A DNA stretch of 64,000 bases, taken from assembly GCA_002794035.1 (NCBI GenBank), contig PCXQ01000003.1:19451-83450 (forward strand). Reading direction: 5' to 3'. This document shows positions 18,629 through 28,382 of the stretch, piece after piece; positions within the stretch are counted from its first letter, which is position 1; every line of letters begins with the position of its first letter. This stretch comes from Candidatus Yanofskybacteria bacterium CG10_big_fil_rev_8_21_14_0_10_36_16. GTDB lineage: Bacteria > Patescibacteriota > Minisyncoccia > 2-02-FULL-40-12 > IGHO2-01-FULL-4-A. Below the pieces are notes generated by a model that did not search any database, had not been told where the DNA came from, and saw only the letters and a program-made list of their open reading frames with translations. The position numbers and the translations under genes are program-made.

Positions 18629-21463
18629 ATGGAATCACAATATCAACCACAACCGCAACAAAAAGATTTTTTTACAGAGGAAGCTGAATATCAAAACAAA
18701 AACAAAGAAACAGGCAATGGCATTGCTCGTGGTTTGAGTTGGCCAAGATCGTTTGGTTATGGTGATCCATATGAACATATTGAGTGGGATGTAAGAAATG
18801 CAAAAATTGCAAAACATACAGGCGAGGTTGTTTTTGAACAAAAAAATGTGGAAGTGCCTAGTTTTTGGTCTCAGACAGCGACAGATATAGTTGCTTCTAA
18901 ATATTTTAGAGGACGACTGGATTCGCCTGAAAGAGAACGAAGTGCTCGTCAGATGGTTGATAGGGTTGTTAATACTATTTCTGATTGGGGCTGGAGGGAC
19001 GGTTATTTTGCTACACGGGAAGATAATGAAAACTTTAGACAGGATTTAAAGTATATTCTTATAAATCAATACGGTTCTTTTAACAGTCCCGTATGGTTTA
19101 ACGTAGGTGTTTATGAAAAACCACAGTGTTCAGCCTGTTTTATATTAAAAGTTGAAGATACTATGGAATCAATTCTGGAGTGGTACGAGACAGAAGGCTG
19201 GATTTTTAAGGGTGGTTCCGGTTCTGGTCTTGATATCTCAAGTTTGCGTTCTTCTAAAGAAGCATTGTCTAAGGGGGGCTATTCTTCCGGTCCTGTGTCT
19301 TTTATGAAAGGAGCTGATGGGGTTGCAAACAGTATACGCTCCGGGGGCACCACAAGAAGAGCTGCAAAAATGGTTGTTCTTAAGGTTGATCATCCAGATA
19401 TTAAATCATTCATTTATTCTAAAAAAATAATTGAGGATATGAGTAAGATGTTGGTTAAGGCTGGAGTTGAAAATTCAATTGAGGGCAATATGTTTGATCC
19501 ATACACCCTGTTGCCTTATCAAAATGCAAATAACTCAGTTAGGGTCACAGATGAGTTTATGCATGCAGTAGAAAATGATGATGATTGGGAATTGAAGGCA
19601 ATAACATCTGGAGAAATTCTTGAAACAGTTAAAGCTCGAGAAGTTATGAACTGGATTGCTGACGCAGCTTGGCATTCGGCAGATCCCGGCATGCAGTATC
19701 ATACAACTATAAACAATTGGCACACTTGTCCGAATTCCGGTCCTATAACCGCTTCAAATCCATGCAGTGAGTACATGCATATTGATAATAGTGCCTGCAA
19801 TCTAGCATCTATTAACCTGATAAAGTTTTTAAATGCCGATGGAACATTTAATGTTGATGGATATAAAAAAGTTATAGATACATTTATAACGGCCCAAGAA
19901 ATATTGGTTGGAAATTCGTCTTATCCTACTAAAAAAATAGAAAAAAATGCCCAAGATTACAGACAATTGGGTCTTGGCTATACTAACTTGGGGGCTCTTT
20001 TGATGAACATGGGCTATGCTTATGATTCAGAAGAGGGCCGAGCAGTAGGCGGAGCTGTTACATCAATACTTTCGGGACGAGCTTATTTAATGTCTTCTAA
20101 GATTGCAGCCATAGCCGGTCCTTTTGCGGGATATGAAATGAATCGCGAGCCCATGCTAAATGTTATAAAAATGCACAAAGATTCAGCAGAAGATTTGGGC
20201 AGGGATATACATGAAAGAAGTTTGCTTAGAGATTTTGAACTTTCAGGGGAATCGGTTAGGGCTTGGCATGAGGCATTAACGTACGGAGAGAAATACGGCT
20301 ACAGGAATGCTCAAGCAACAGTAATCGCTCCAACAGGTACTATCTCCTTTATGATGGATGCCGATACAACAGGAATAGAACCGGAGCTGGCTTTGGTTAA
20401 ATACAAAAAACTAGTAGGGGGCGGAATGATTAAGCTTGTGAATCGTCATGTTCCTTCAGCTCTTAAAAAACTTGGTTATTCCGATGATCAGATTCAAGAG
20501 ATATCTGATTATGTTGTTGAAAAAGATACTATTGAAGGTGCGCCGGGATTAAAATCAGAGCATTTTCCTGTTTTTGACTGTTCATTTAAAGCAGTAAATG
20601 GGCACAGAAGTATATCTCATCATGGGCACTTAAAAATGATGGCTGCCGCTCAGCCTTTCGTTTCAGGAGCTATTTCTAAAACTGTTAACTTGCCTAAAGA
20701 TGCGACTGTGGACGATATTAAGGATTGTTACATTGAGGCGTGGAAGCTTGGATTGAAGGCAGTTGCTGTTTACAGAGATGGGTGTAAGGGTGTGCAACCA
20801 ATGAGCACTTCAAAAGACGCTGATTTAGTTGAAAAAGTTAATGGATATACACGAATAAAACTTCCCGACGAGCGTCCTTCAATAACTCACAAGTTTTCAG
20901 TGGGTAATCATCAGGGTTACCTTACTGTTGGATTTTATCCGGGTACAAACAAACCTGGTGAGACATTTATAACTATGGCCAAGGAGGGAAGTACTATTTC
21001 AGGTTTGTTTGATACTATAGCTACTTTGACATCAATGTGTTTACAGTCCGGTATTCCTCTTAAAACATTAGTTAAGAAATTCCGCGGACTGAGATTTGAG
21101 CCAATGGGGGCAACAACGAATAATAATTTGCCTTTTGCAAAGTCGTTTGTTGATTATGTATTTACTTATTTAGGAATGAATTTCTTGAACGATAAAGACA
21201 GAGATGAAATTTTTGGTCCCGGTCACAATTCAGCAGGATCTTCTTTGCCAAATATGGAAAGCAATGACGAGGATGATGACAGCAAAAACAGTCTCAAAAT
21301 AAAAACAAGTAAAGATAATAAAATCATGGTCCAATTGGCTAGCATTAATATTTCCGAAGGTGATAGCGATGCGCCACTATGTGAGTGCGGGACTCTTATG
21401 GTAAAGGCTGGTTCTTGTTATTCATGTCCTAATTGTTTTTCTACTACAGGTAGTTGTCAATAA
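18629..21463 (+). CDS. nrdJ: Vitamin B12-dependent class II ribonucleotide reductase with C-terminal TSCPD/Zn-ribbon region
   Basis: FNSPVWFN, QCSACFI, TRRAAKM, SNPCSE, ACNLAS, APTGTI, AISKTVN, YRDG and terminal Cys pairs. Confidence 0.93.
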   Translation: MESQYQPQPQQKDFFTEEAEYQNKNKETGNGIARGLSWPRSFGYGDPYEHIEWDVRNAKIAKHTGEVVFEQKNVEVPSFWSQTATDIVASKYFRGRLDSPERERSARQMVDRVVNTISDWGWRDGYFATREDNENFRQDLKYILINQYGSFNSPVWFNVGVYEKPQCSACFILKVEDTMESILEWYETEGWIFKGGSGSGLDISSLRSSKEALSKGGYSSGPVSFMKGADGVANSIRSGGTTRRAAKMVVLKVDHPDIKSFIYSKKIIEDMSKMLVKAGVENSIEGNMFDPYTLLPYQNANNSVRVTDEFMHAVENDDDWELKAITSGEILETVKAREVMNWIADAAWHSADPGMQYHTTINNWHTCPNSGPITASNPCSEYMHIDNSACNLASINLIKFLNADGTFNVDGYKKVIDTFITAQEILVGNSSYPTKKIEKNAQDYRQLGLGYTNLGALLMNMGYAYDSEEGRAVGGAVTSILSGRAYLMSSKIAAIAGPFAGYEMNREPMLNVIKMHKDSAEDLGRDIHERSLLRDFELSGESVRAWHEALTYGEKYGYRNAQATVIAPTGTISFMMDADTTGIEPELALVKYKKLVGGGMIKLVNRHVPSALKKLGYSDDQIQEISDYVVEKDTIEGAPGLKSEHFPVFDCSFKAVNGHRSISHHGHLKMMAAAQPFVSGAISKTVNLPKDATVDDIKDCYIEAWKLGLKAVAVYRDGCKGVQPMSTSKDADLVEKVNGYTRIKLPDERPSITHKFSVGNHQGYLTVGFYPGTNKPGETFITMAKEGSTISGLFDTIATLTSMCLQSGIPLKTLVKKFRGLRFEPMGATTNNNLPFAKSFVDYVFTYLGMNFLNDKDRDEIFGPGHNSAGSSLPNMESNDEDDDSKNSLKIKTSKDNKIMVQLASINISEGDSDAPLCECGTLMVKAGSCYSCPNCFSTTGSCQ

Positions 21464-21483
21464 TCTGTATTGTTGAAATTTGA

Positions 21484-21509
21484 ACAGTCCCGCTAAGGCG
21501 GGACTGTTG
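21484..21509 (+). terminator. nrdJ terminator
   Basis: aacagtcccgc-taag-gcgggactgtt. Confidence 0.8.
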
Positions 21510-21562
21510 TTGTTTAAGTGCAGGAATTTGCGGGTTAAATATTTTTTTGATACGATTTTTTA

Positions 21563-23164
21563 ATGCATAAAGCACATATTTTCTTTGCGTTTTTGTTGGC
21601 TTTTATGGGTGGGGTATTTGCCGGCTCATTTTTAGATGTTTCAAAAATTCTTGCATTATGGTTGATGTTGCCTGCGTCTATTGCTGTTTTAATTTTTTGG
21701 AAAAGGTCATGGCAAGTTGTGCTTGCCGGTTTGATGCTCATATTTTTTATTGGCGGTGTATTAAGATTTGACAAAGTTTATTCCGAAAGAAGTTTATTGG
21801 TCAACTTTAGAGAAAATGTTCCTCTTGTCCAAGGTCGTGGATATGAAGAAGCACTTTTTCTTAGGGGGTATATTGATGGTGAAGTTAATGTAAAAGAAGA
21901 CAAGCAAACTTTTGTTTTTAAAGTTAAACAAATTGAAGCTGGCGGTCGTCTTGCGCTAACTAACGAAAAAGTTTTAGTAACTACAAATTTATATCCCCAA
22001 TATGAATATGGTCAAGGTTTGGAAATTTTAGGACCTCCTCCCAAAATACCAGAAAATTTTGATGGTTTTGATTATCGTTCCTATCTTAAAAAAGACGGGA
22101 TTTTTACAGTTAGTTATTATCCCGAAATAAAACCTCTTGAGGTAATCTCGCCCTATGGGGAAACAGAGATATATAAAAATGAAAGTTTTGATTTAAAAAA
22201 CAGCTTGTCTTTTTTGGAAAAAATAAAGCTATCTTTATTTGAAAAAATATTTAAAGTTAAAAAATCATTTGAAGGCGCCATTGTCCGCTCAGTTGCAGAA
22301 CCAAATGCTTCTTACATCGGAGGCATATTGCTTGGCAGTCGTTCTCAGATTCCGAGCGATCTCGAGGACTCTTTTGCAAAAACAGGAACTACTCATATTT
22401 TGGCGATATCAGGATATAACATTACAATAATTGGTGCTGTGGTGGCAGGATTTTTCATGCTTTTTATGCGAAGAAAAAAAGCTTTCTGGCTGACCGTTCT
22501 TGGTATAATCGGGTTTGTTGTATTAACTGGAGCGCAGGCATCAGTGGTTAGAGCAGCCATTATGGGTATTTTGATTTTACTTGCAAGATCTGCCGGCCGT
22601 TTTTATAGTGTTAAAAATTCAATTGCCTTTGCTGGTGCTGTTATGGTTTTTGTAAGCCCCATGGTTTTGAAGTTTGATGTGGGTTTCCAGCTTTCTTTTA
22701 TGGCGACTTTGGGATTGGTTTATCTTGTTCCGATTCTTGAACCGTATTTTAAAAAAATACCTGGAAAGTATGCTTTAAGGGAAACAACTGTTATGACATT
22801 GTCAGCTCAGCTTATGGTTTTGCCACTTTTAATCTACTACTTCAAAAATATTTCGCTTGTATCGTTGCCGGCCAATATTTTAATTTTGCCTCTTGTGCCA
22901 CTTAACATGTTTCTCGGTTTTGTAACGGGTATTGCGGGAATGGCTTTGGAACCTCTTGGTTATTTTGTGGGTACCTTTGCTTGGGGGTTGTCTTCTGTGA
23001 TACTTGGCATTATACGTCTTTTTGCAAAATTAAATTTTGCTTCAATCCCAGCCACTCTTAATTGGGTCGGAGTTGCTGTTGGCTATGTGCTTATTGTTTG
23101 GTTTATGGTAAGCAAGCGAAGAGGCCGAAGTACGGATATTGAAATTGAAAAACACAGAGCTTAA
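21563..23164 (+). CDS. comEC: ComEC/Rec2 competence channel (OB plus Competence domain)
   Basis: FDYRSYL, GTTHILAISGYN, SVVRAAIM, DVGFQLSF. Confidence 0.92.
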   Translation: MHKAHIFFAFLLAFMGGVFAGSFLDVSKILALWLMLPASIAVLIFWKRSWQVVLAGLMLIFFIGGVLRFDKVYSERSLLVNFRENVPLVQGRGYEEALFLRGYIDGEVNVKEDKQTFVFKVKQIEAGGRLALTNEKVLVTTNLYPQYEYGQGLEILGPPPKIPENFDGFDYRSYLKKDGIFTVSYYPEIKPLEVISPYGETEIYKNESFDLKNSLSFLEKIKLSLFEKIFKVKKSFEGAIVRSVAEPNASYIGGILLGSRSQIPSDLEDSFAKTGTTHILAISGYNITIIGAVVAGFFMLFMRRKKAFWLTVLGIIGFVVLTGAQASVVRAAIMGILILLARSAGRFYSVKNSIAFAGAVMVFVSPMVLKFDVGFQLSFMATLGLVYLVPILEPYFKKIPGKYALRETTVMTLSAQLMVLPLLIYYFKNISLVSLPANILILPLVPLNMFLGFVTGIAGMALEPLGYFVGTFAWGLSSVILGIIRLFAKLNFASIPATLNWVGVAVGYVLIVWFMVSKRRGRSTDIEIEKHRA

Positions 23165-23297
23165 ATTAAAAATAATTTAAAAATTGAAATTTTAGTTTAT
23201 TTTTGTTATAAAATATCAATGGTTTTGAGGTTGGTAAAACCAGTTTCAAAATCAGAACAAATTTTTGTACTTTATAATTTACTAAATAGGAGGATAA

Positions 23298-23516
23298 GTG
23301 TTGCCTGTAGCCCCAAAATTGACTGTTGATCAAAAGATTAAAAAAATTCAAAAGTGGCAAAGCTGTACTTGGGTACATCATCTTACTTGTGGGAAGGACA
23401 GCAATCATGGTGATCTAACACCCAAAAAAGAAGGAGACAAAGTTGTCCTTTGTTGTCCCGATTGTGATTATGTTCAAAACAGTGTTCCCGATGTTGTTCT
23501 TGCTTCAACTCTCTAG
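23298..23516 (+). CDS. Small orphan putative Zn-binding protein (SD-led cassette)
   Basis: AGGAGG 23288-23293 before GTG; HHLTCG..H..CPDC motif; terminator 23529-23550. Confidence 0.75.
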   Translation: MLPVAPKLTVDQKIKKIQKWQSCTWVHHLTCGKDSNHGDLTPKKEGDKVVLCCPDCDYVQNSVPDVVLASTL

Positions 23517-23583
23517 AAAATTTTTAATAAACCGAGCCAAGCTCGGTTTTGTTTTTGGTTGAGTTTTGTGCTATCTAAAATTA

Positions 23584-24456
23584 ATGCCTCAAAAAATACA
23601 CAATATGTATATTTGGATCTTAGTCATTACAGCCATTTTAACTGTCTTTTCTTTCTATGCTATATCTAAACTACCTGATGGCAAAACCCATGTCTGGTTT
23701 TTGGATGTGGGGCAGGGTGATGCGATATTTATCCAGACGCCAAAGGGCAATCAAATTTTAGTTGATGGGGGGCCGGGGAGCAGTGTCATCCAAGAGCTAG
23801 GTGCTGTAATGCCTTTTTGGGACCATACTATTGATTTAGTGGTGATGACTCATCCTGACGCGGATCACATCAATGGTTTGTTGGATGTTTTGGGAAGATA
23901 CCATGTCGCACAATCTATAGAGACGGGGATTGGGTGTGAGACGGATCAGTGTCAGTTTTGGGAAAAGCTAATTAAACAAGAAGATGCAATAAGACATTAT
24001 GTTAGTCTTGGTTATAAAATTGAATCCTCTGATGGTGTTTCGTTTGATATTTTGCATCCGTTTGAAAATCAAAATAATCAATCGGTAAGTAAAAAGAATA
24101 ATTCCTCAGTTGTTTCTAAGATGGTTTATGGCGAGAATGAGCTTTTATTAACCGGTGATATAGAAAAACAAGTTGAAAATAAATTGGCATTATCAGGCAT
24201 TGATATTAAATCTGATTTACTAAAGGTGGCTCATCATGGTTCTAAAACATCGACTACAGAGCAATTCGTTAAAACAATAAAACCTCAGCTAGCATTTATT
24301 AGTGTTGGTGCCGAAAATCGTTATGGCCACCCCACAGAGCAAACGCTTAATACCCTTGAAAATCTTGGTGTAAAGTATTATCGTACAGATATAGATGGCA
24401 GAGTTGAGCTGGTTTTAAGCGAGGATAATTATATGATTAAGAAAACTGGCAAGTAG
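23584..24456 (+). CDS. ComEC-type metallo-beta-lactamase-fold nuclease domain (standalone)
   Basis: FLDVGQGD, THPDADHING, LTGDIE, KVAHHGS, YGHP, RTD. Confidence 0.9.
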   Translation: MPQKIHNMYIWILVITAILTVFSFYAISKLPDGKTHVWFLDVGQGDAIFIQTPKGNQILVDGGPGSSVIQELGAVMPFWDHTIDLVVMTHPDADHINGLLDVLGRYHVAQSIETGIGCETDQCQFWEKLIKQEDAIRHYVSLGYKIESSDGVSFDILHPFENQNNQSVSKKNNSSVVSKMVYGENELLLTGDIEKQVENKLALSGIDIKSDLLKVAHHGSKTSTTEQFVKTIKPQLAFISVGAENRYGHPTEQTLNTLENLGVKYYRTDIDGRVELVLSEDNYMIKKTGK

Positions 24457-24583
24457 TGATAGTTTTTATATAAAATTTTACAATTTTCAATCTTGTAATT
24501 TTTAGTAAATTTTCAATTTTTAAATTATTAAGCAACAGTCATTCAGTTTTTGTTTAAAAATTAAAAAATTAGAAATTAAGCGC

Positions 24584-25066
24584 ATGGCAAAATTTGATTT
24601 AAAAGAAAAAACTTTAGTGATTATGAAACCTGACGCTTTGCAGCGAAATCTTTTGGGTGAAATAATCGGACGTTTTGAACGCAAGGGGTTAAAAATTGTA
24701 GGAATGAAAATGGTTAAGCTTTCAGATGTATTATTAGACAAGCATTACGCTCACCACAAAGACAAGCCTTTCTTTGTTACGCTTAAAAGGTTTATGCAAT
24801 CAGCCCCAGTAGTCATGATGGTACTTGAAGGAATTGAAGCAGTTAAGGTTGTTCGTTTGATCGTTGGACCCACGTCTGGCCGTGAAGCCGATGCTGGTTC
24901 AATTAGAGGTGATCTTGCTATTTCTTTTCAGACGAATATAGTACATGCATCCGATTCGATTTCTACAGCCAAACAGGAAGTAAAAAGATTTTTCAAACCT
25001 AGTGAAATTTTTGATTATAAAAAAATGGATTTTGAATTTGTTTATGGTGAGGAGGAACGAGTGTGA
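24584..25066 (+). CDS. ndk: Nucleoside diphosphate kinase
   Basis: KPDALQR, HYAHH, GSIRGD, NIVHASD. Confidence 0.95.
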   Translation: MAKFDLKEKTLVIMKPDALQRNLLGEIIGRFERKGLKIVGMKMVKLSDVLLDKHYAHHKDKPFFVTLKRFMQSAPVVMMVLEGIEAVKVVRLIVGPTSGREADAGSIRGDLAISFQTNIVHASDSISTAKQEVKRFFKPSEIFDYKKMDFEFVYGEEERV

Positions 25067-25389
25067 GAAAACTACCAAAACTAGTTAGAGATAAAATTAA
25101 AGACATTGCTCACGAAAGATTCAGTAGGGATTTTAAATGGCACCATGCTACAAGGCCCGAAGAGTACTGGTTGTTATTGGTTAATAAACTGGCAGAGGAA
25201 GCAAATGAGGTGAAGTATGCTTTAAGCAAGGATGAGATGCAGGAAGAACTGGCAGATTTACAAGAGGTAATAGATGCGATAATTGATTTTAAAAAATTAA
25301 GCCGTAGACAAATAAACAAAATTAAAAGAAACAAGAAGAGGCATAAGGGGGGCTTTAAAGAAGGCATTGTGTGGGATAACCCATCTTAG
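25063..25389 (+). CDS. MazG-superfamily NTP pyrophosphohydrolase-like protein
   Basis: KLVRDKI, KLAEEANE, EELADLQEV and KGGF motifs; overlaps the ndk stop (GTGA). Confidence 0.85.
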   Translation: MRKLPKLVRDKIKDIAHERFSRDFKWHHATRPEEYWLLLVNKLAEEANEVKYALSKDEMQEELADLQEVIDAIIDFKKLSRRQINKIKRNKKRHKGGFKEGIVWDNPS

Positions 25390-25506
25390 GTCCGAGCAAT
25401 CAAGCTCGGCCTTTTTTTAACGATAAATGAATTTATTGACTAATTAAATATTTTAAATTATAACAATGATTGTTATTTTTGCAGCTTTAAAAACAGGGGG
25501 TTGAGA

Positions 25507-25713
25507 ATGCTTCGTAAGATTTTTCTTTATACAGCAGGATGTTTGATAGTTTTTTGTTTAATCGTTATTGGTTGGGGGCTTTTTTCAAATGAAACTCAAG
25601 ATGCTATCATGTTGTTTTGTTTGATAGTTGCAGGAGCTTTTATATCTGCGGAGTTGTGCTTTCCTGCTTTTCGACTTAGAAAGAGTAAGTCTAAAATGTG
25701 GGATAAGCCATAA
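25507..25713 (+). CDS. Small orphan 2-TM membrane protein (SD-led cassette)
   Basis: TTGAC promoter box at about 25436, AGGGGG upstream of ATG, two hydrophobic helices, terminator 25725-25750. Confidence 0.6.
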   Translation: MLRKIFLYTAGCLIVFCLIVIGWGLFSNETQDAIMLFCLIVAGAFISAELCFPAFRLRKSKSKMWDKP

Positions 25714-25790
25714 AATAATTATTTGCTGAGCTTGTTGTGCTCGGCTTTTATTTTTAAGAGTTTTGTGTTATCAATTGTATATAAAAGTAA

Positions 25791-27182
25791 ATGTCTCAAA
25801 AACAAATTATAAAACCAATTGTTTTAATATTGTTAGCACTAGTGCTTGGCGCTTTTGTTTATCCTGGACCTGTGAAATCAAAACTGAATTGGTGGCCTAA
25901 TTTGCCTTTCCGTTTGGGACTTGATTTAGTCGGCGGAACTCATCTTGTTTATGAAGCTGATCTTAGAGAGGTCGTTGGTGACAAAACAGAATCAATGGAG
26001 GGTATTCGAGATGTAATTGAAAGGCGGGTTAATGTATTTGGCGTATCTGAACCAATAGTTCAAGTTGAAGGTGAAAACAGGTTGGTGGTTGAATTGGCAG
26101 GTGTTAGTGATGTAAGTGAAGCTATAAAATTAATAGGCGAGACTCCCTTTTTGGAATTTAAGGAAGAACTTTCAATAGCCGAAGGAGAAAACATTTTATC
26201 TCAACTCGGGTCCATTGAAGGACTTGATCAGAGTTTATTGACTCAGGATATTGTTTGTGGGGCTACTGATCTGTCTTTGCTTTCTTTTATTATTTTAGAA
26301 AAAGGAGTTGACCCTTGTTACAAAACCACTGAGCTTACCGGCAGATATTTGGATGATGCAAGCGTTGTTTTTGACCAGTCAGGTCTTTCCGGTGTTGGAC
26401 CTCAGGTATCTTTGACTTTTGATAAAGCAGGAGGTGGCTTATTTGCAGAGCTAACTAGGGGTAATGTGGGAAGAAGGATTGCTATTTATCTTGATGGACT
26501 GCCTATTAGTGCGCCAGTGGTTCAGGATGAGATTGAAGACGGTCGTGCTGTGATTAGTGGTAATTTTACGCCTGATGAAGCTAAGCAATTGGGGCTGAGA
26601 CTTAATTCTGGTGCATTGCCTGTTCCTATTGAATTAATTTCACAACAAACGATCGGTGCATCTCTGGGTCGTGAATCGTTGAATAAAAGTTTGAAAGCAG
26701 GACTTTATGGTTTGGTGTTGGTGGCAATATTTATGATTTTGTTTTATCGGTTGCCCGGGGTAACAGCTGTTGTTGCACTCGTTATCTATTTGATAGTGAC
26801 TTTGGCCATTTATAAGACTATCCCTGTTACTTTAACTTTGGCTGGTATTGCCGGATTCATACTGTCTTTAGGAATTGCTGTTGATGCTAATATTTTAATT
26901 TTTGCAAGAATGCGAGAAGAACTAGCTGAAGGCAAGAGCCTCCAGTATTCGGTAAGTGAAGGATTCCACAGGGCTTGGAGTTCAATTAGAGATAGCCATG
27001 TTACAACAATTCTTGGTGCATTGATATTGTATGGTTTTACCACCTCATTTATAAAGGGGTTTGCCTTAACTTTGGCCATTGGTGTATTTATGAGTTTGTT
27101 TACAGCCACAATGGTAACTAGGGCATTTTTAGAATTATTTGTTAATAAAAAATTTGAAAACTGGAAATGGTTATTCAAATAA
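25791..27182 (+). CDS. secD: Protein translocase subunit SecD
   Basis: LGLDLVGG, RVNVFGVSEP, LNSGALPV, LTLAGIAG, AVDANILIF. Confidence 0.95.
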   Translation: MSQKQIIKPIVLILLALVLGAFVYPGPVKSKLNWWPNLPFRLGLDLVGGTHLVYEADLREVVGDKTESMEGIRDVIERRVNVFGVSEPIVQVEGENRLVVELAGVSDVSEAIKLIGETPFLEFKEELSIAEGENILSQLGSIEGLDQSLLTQDIVCGATDLSLLSFIILEKGVDPCYKTTELTGRYLDDASVVFDQSGLSGVGPQVSLTFDKAGGGLFAELTRGNVGRRIAIYLDGLPISAPVVQDEIEDGRAVISGNFTPDEAKQLGLRLNSGALPVPIELISQQTIGASLGRESLNKSLKAGLYGLVLVAIFMILFYRLPGVTAVVALVIYLIVTLAIYKTIPVTLTLAGIAGFILSLGIAVDANILIFARMREELAEGKSLQYSVSEGFHRAWSSIRDSHVTTILGALILYGFTTSFIKGFALTLAIGVFMSLFTATMVTRAFLELFVNKKFENWKWLFK

Positions 27183-27198
27183 ATCCAAAACGATAGTT

Positions 27199-28080
27199 AT
27201 GAAACATATCTATAAAACAATGTTTTCTATATCAGTCCTGCTAGTTGTCTCGTCTGTCGTGGCAATTTTAGTGTGGGGTCTGCCACTAGGTGCTGATTTT
27301 AGGGGAGGCAGTGTTTTGGAAGTTGGTTTTTTACAGGAGAGGCCATCTATAAATGAAATTAAAGAATCTTTCTCTCGAGTTGAAGAATCAGGCGAACCTA
27401 ATATTAGTTATATTGATGATAATGGAGTCATAATTCGACTCGCTTCCATTGATGAGGAAAAACACCAGGAAGTATTGAGTGTTTTATCATATAATTTTGG
27501 TGAAATAACTGAAAGGCGATTTGATTCCATAGGCCCTGTTATTGGCGAGGAACTTAAAAGCAAAAGCATTACGGCCATAATATTAGTTTTGGTCTCTATT
27601 ATAATTTATATCGCACTAGTGTTTCGACGTTTATCTAACGTGTTATCTCCTTGGGTAATGGGATTTTCAGCAATTATTGCACTAGCTCACGATATCATTG
27701 TTCCAATTGGTGTATTTGCTGTTTTTGGCCGTTATTTTGGTTTTGAAATAAGTGCCATATTTGTGGCAGCTTTACTGACAATTCTTGGTTACTCTGTTTC
27801 AGACACTGTTGTAGTTTTTGATCGTGTTAGAGAAAATATTTTGCGTTTTGGATCTGGGGGTGGTTTTGCTCAAACTGTTCACAAGAGTGTTATACAAACT
27901 TTGAGTCGTTCAATAAATACAACTGTATCAACGGTGCTTGCTCTTGTCGCAATTTACTTTTTTGGGGGCCAGTCTCTTCAGTGGTTTTCCTTAGCATTAA
28001 TAATAGGAATAGTCGCTGGGTCTTATTCGTCTATATTTGTTGCTTCACCGCTTTTAGTCTGGTTGAGTAGAAAAAAATAA
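27199..28080 (+). CDS. secF: Protein translocase subunit SecF
   Basis: GADFRGG, IGPVIGEEL, HD, GYSVSDTVVVFDRVRE, RSINT, YSSIFVASP. Confidence 0.95.
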   Translation: MKHIYKTMFSISVLLVVSSVVAILVWGLPLGADFRGGSVLEVGFLQERPSINEIKESFSRVEESGEPNISYIDDNGVIIRLASIDEEKHQEVLSVLSYNFGEITERRFDSIGPVIGEELKSKSITAIILVLVSIIIYIALVFRRLSNVLSPWVMGFSAIIALAHDIIVPIGVFAVFGRYFGFEISAIFVAALLTILGYSVSDTVVVFDRVRENILRFGSGGGFAQTVHKSVIQTLSRSINTTVSTVLALVAIYFFGGQSLQWFSLALIIGIVAGSYSSIFVASPLLVWLSRKK

Positions 28081-28382
28081 ACCTAGAATAAATATTTGTA
28101 CATTTAAAAAACAGCTTTATCTTATTGATTTGGTTGTTTTTTTGTTTTGCATGCATTGATTTTTGCTGAGTTAAGCAGGAATGCTATGGGGGTCAATGAT
28201 TGGGGGTATTTACAAGTTATCCACTTCATGCCCTCTTCATTTATTGACTTATTTTTACTGTTGTGCTATGCTTGTAAAGTTATAGACAACACAGTATTTA
28301 TTATTTTTGGCAGTTTTATTGCCACGTTGTATCCTAAAAAATACAGCCATAATTAAGTCCGGAGGGGCTAAAAAATAGACAA

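Noticed and set aside
7730-25521. Two orphan proteins both starting MLRKI (7730 and 25507)
   Set aside because: A five-residue match with no further similarity cannot be distinguished from chance.
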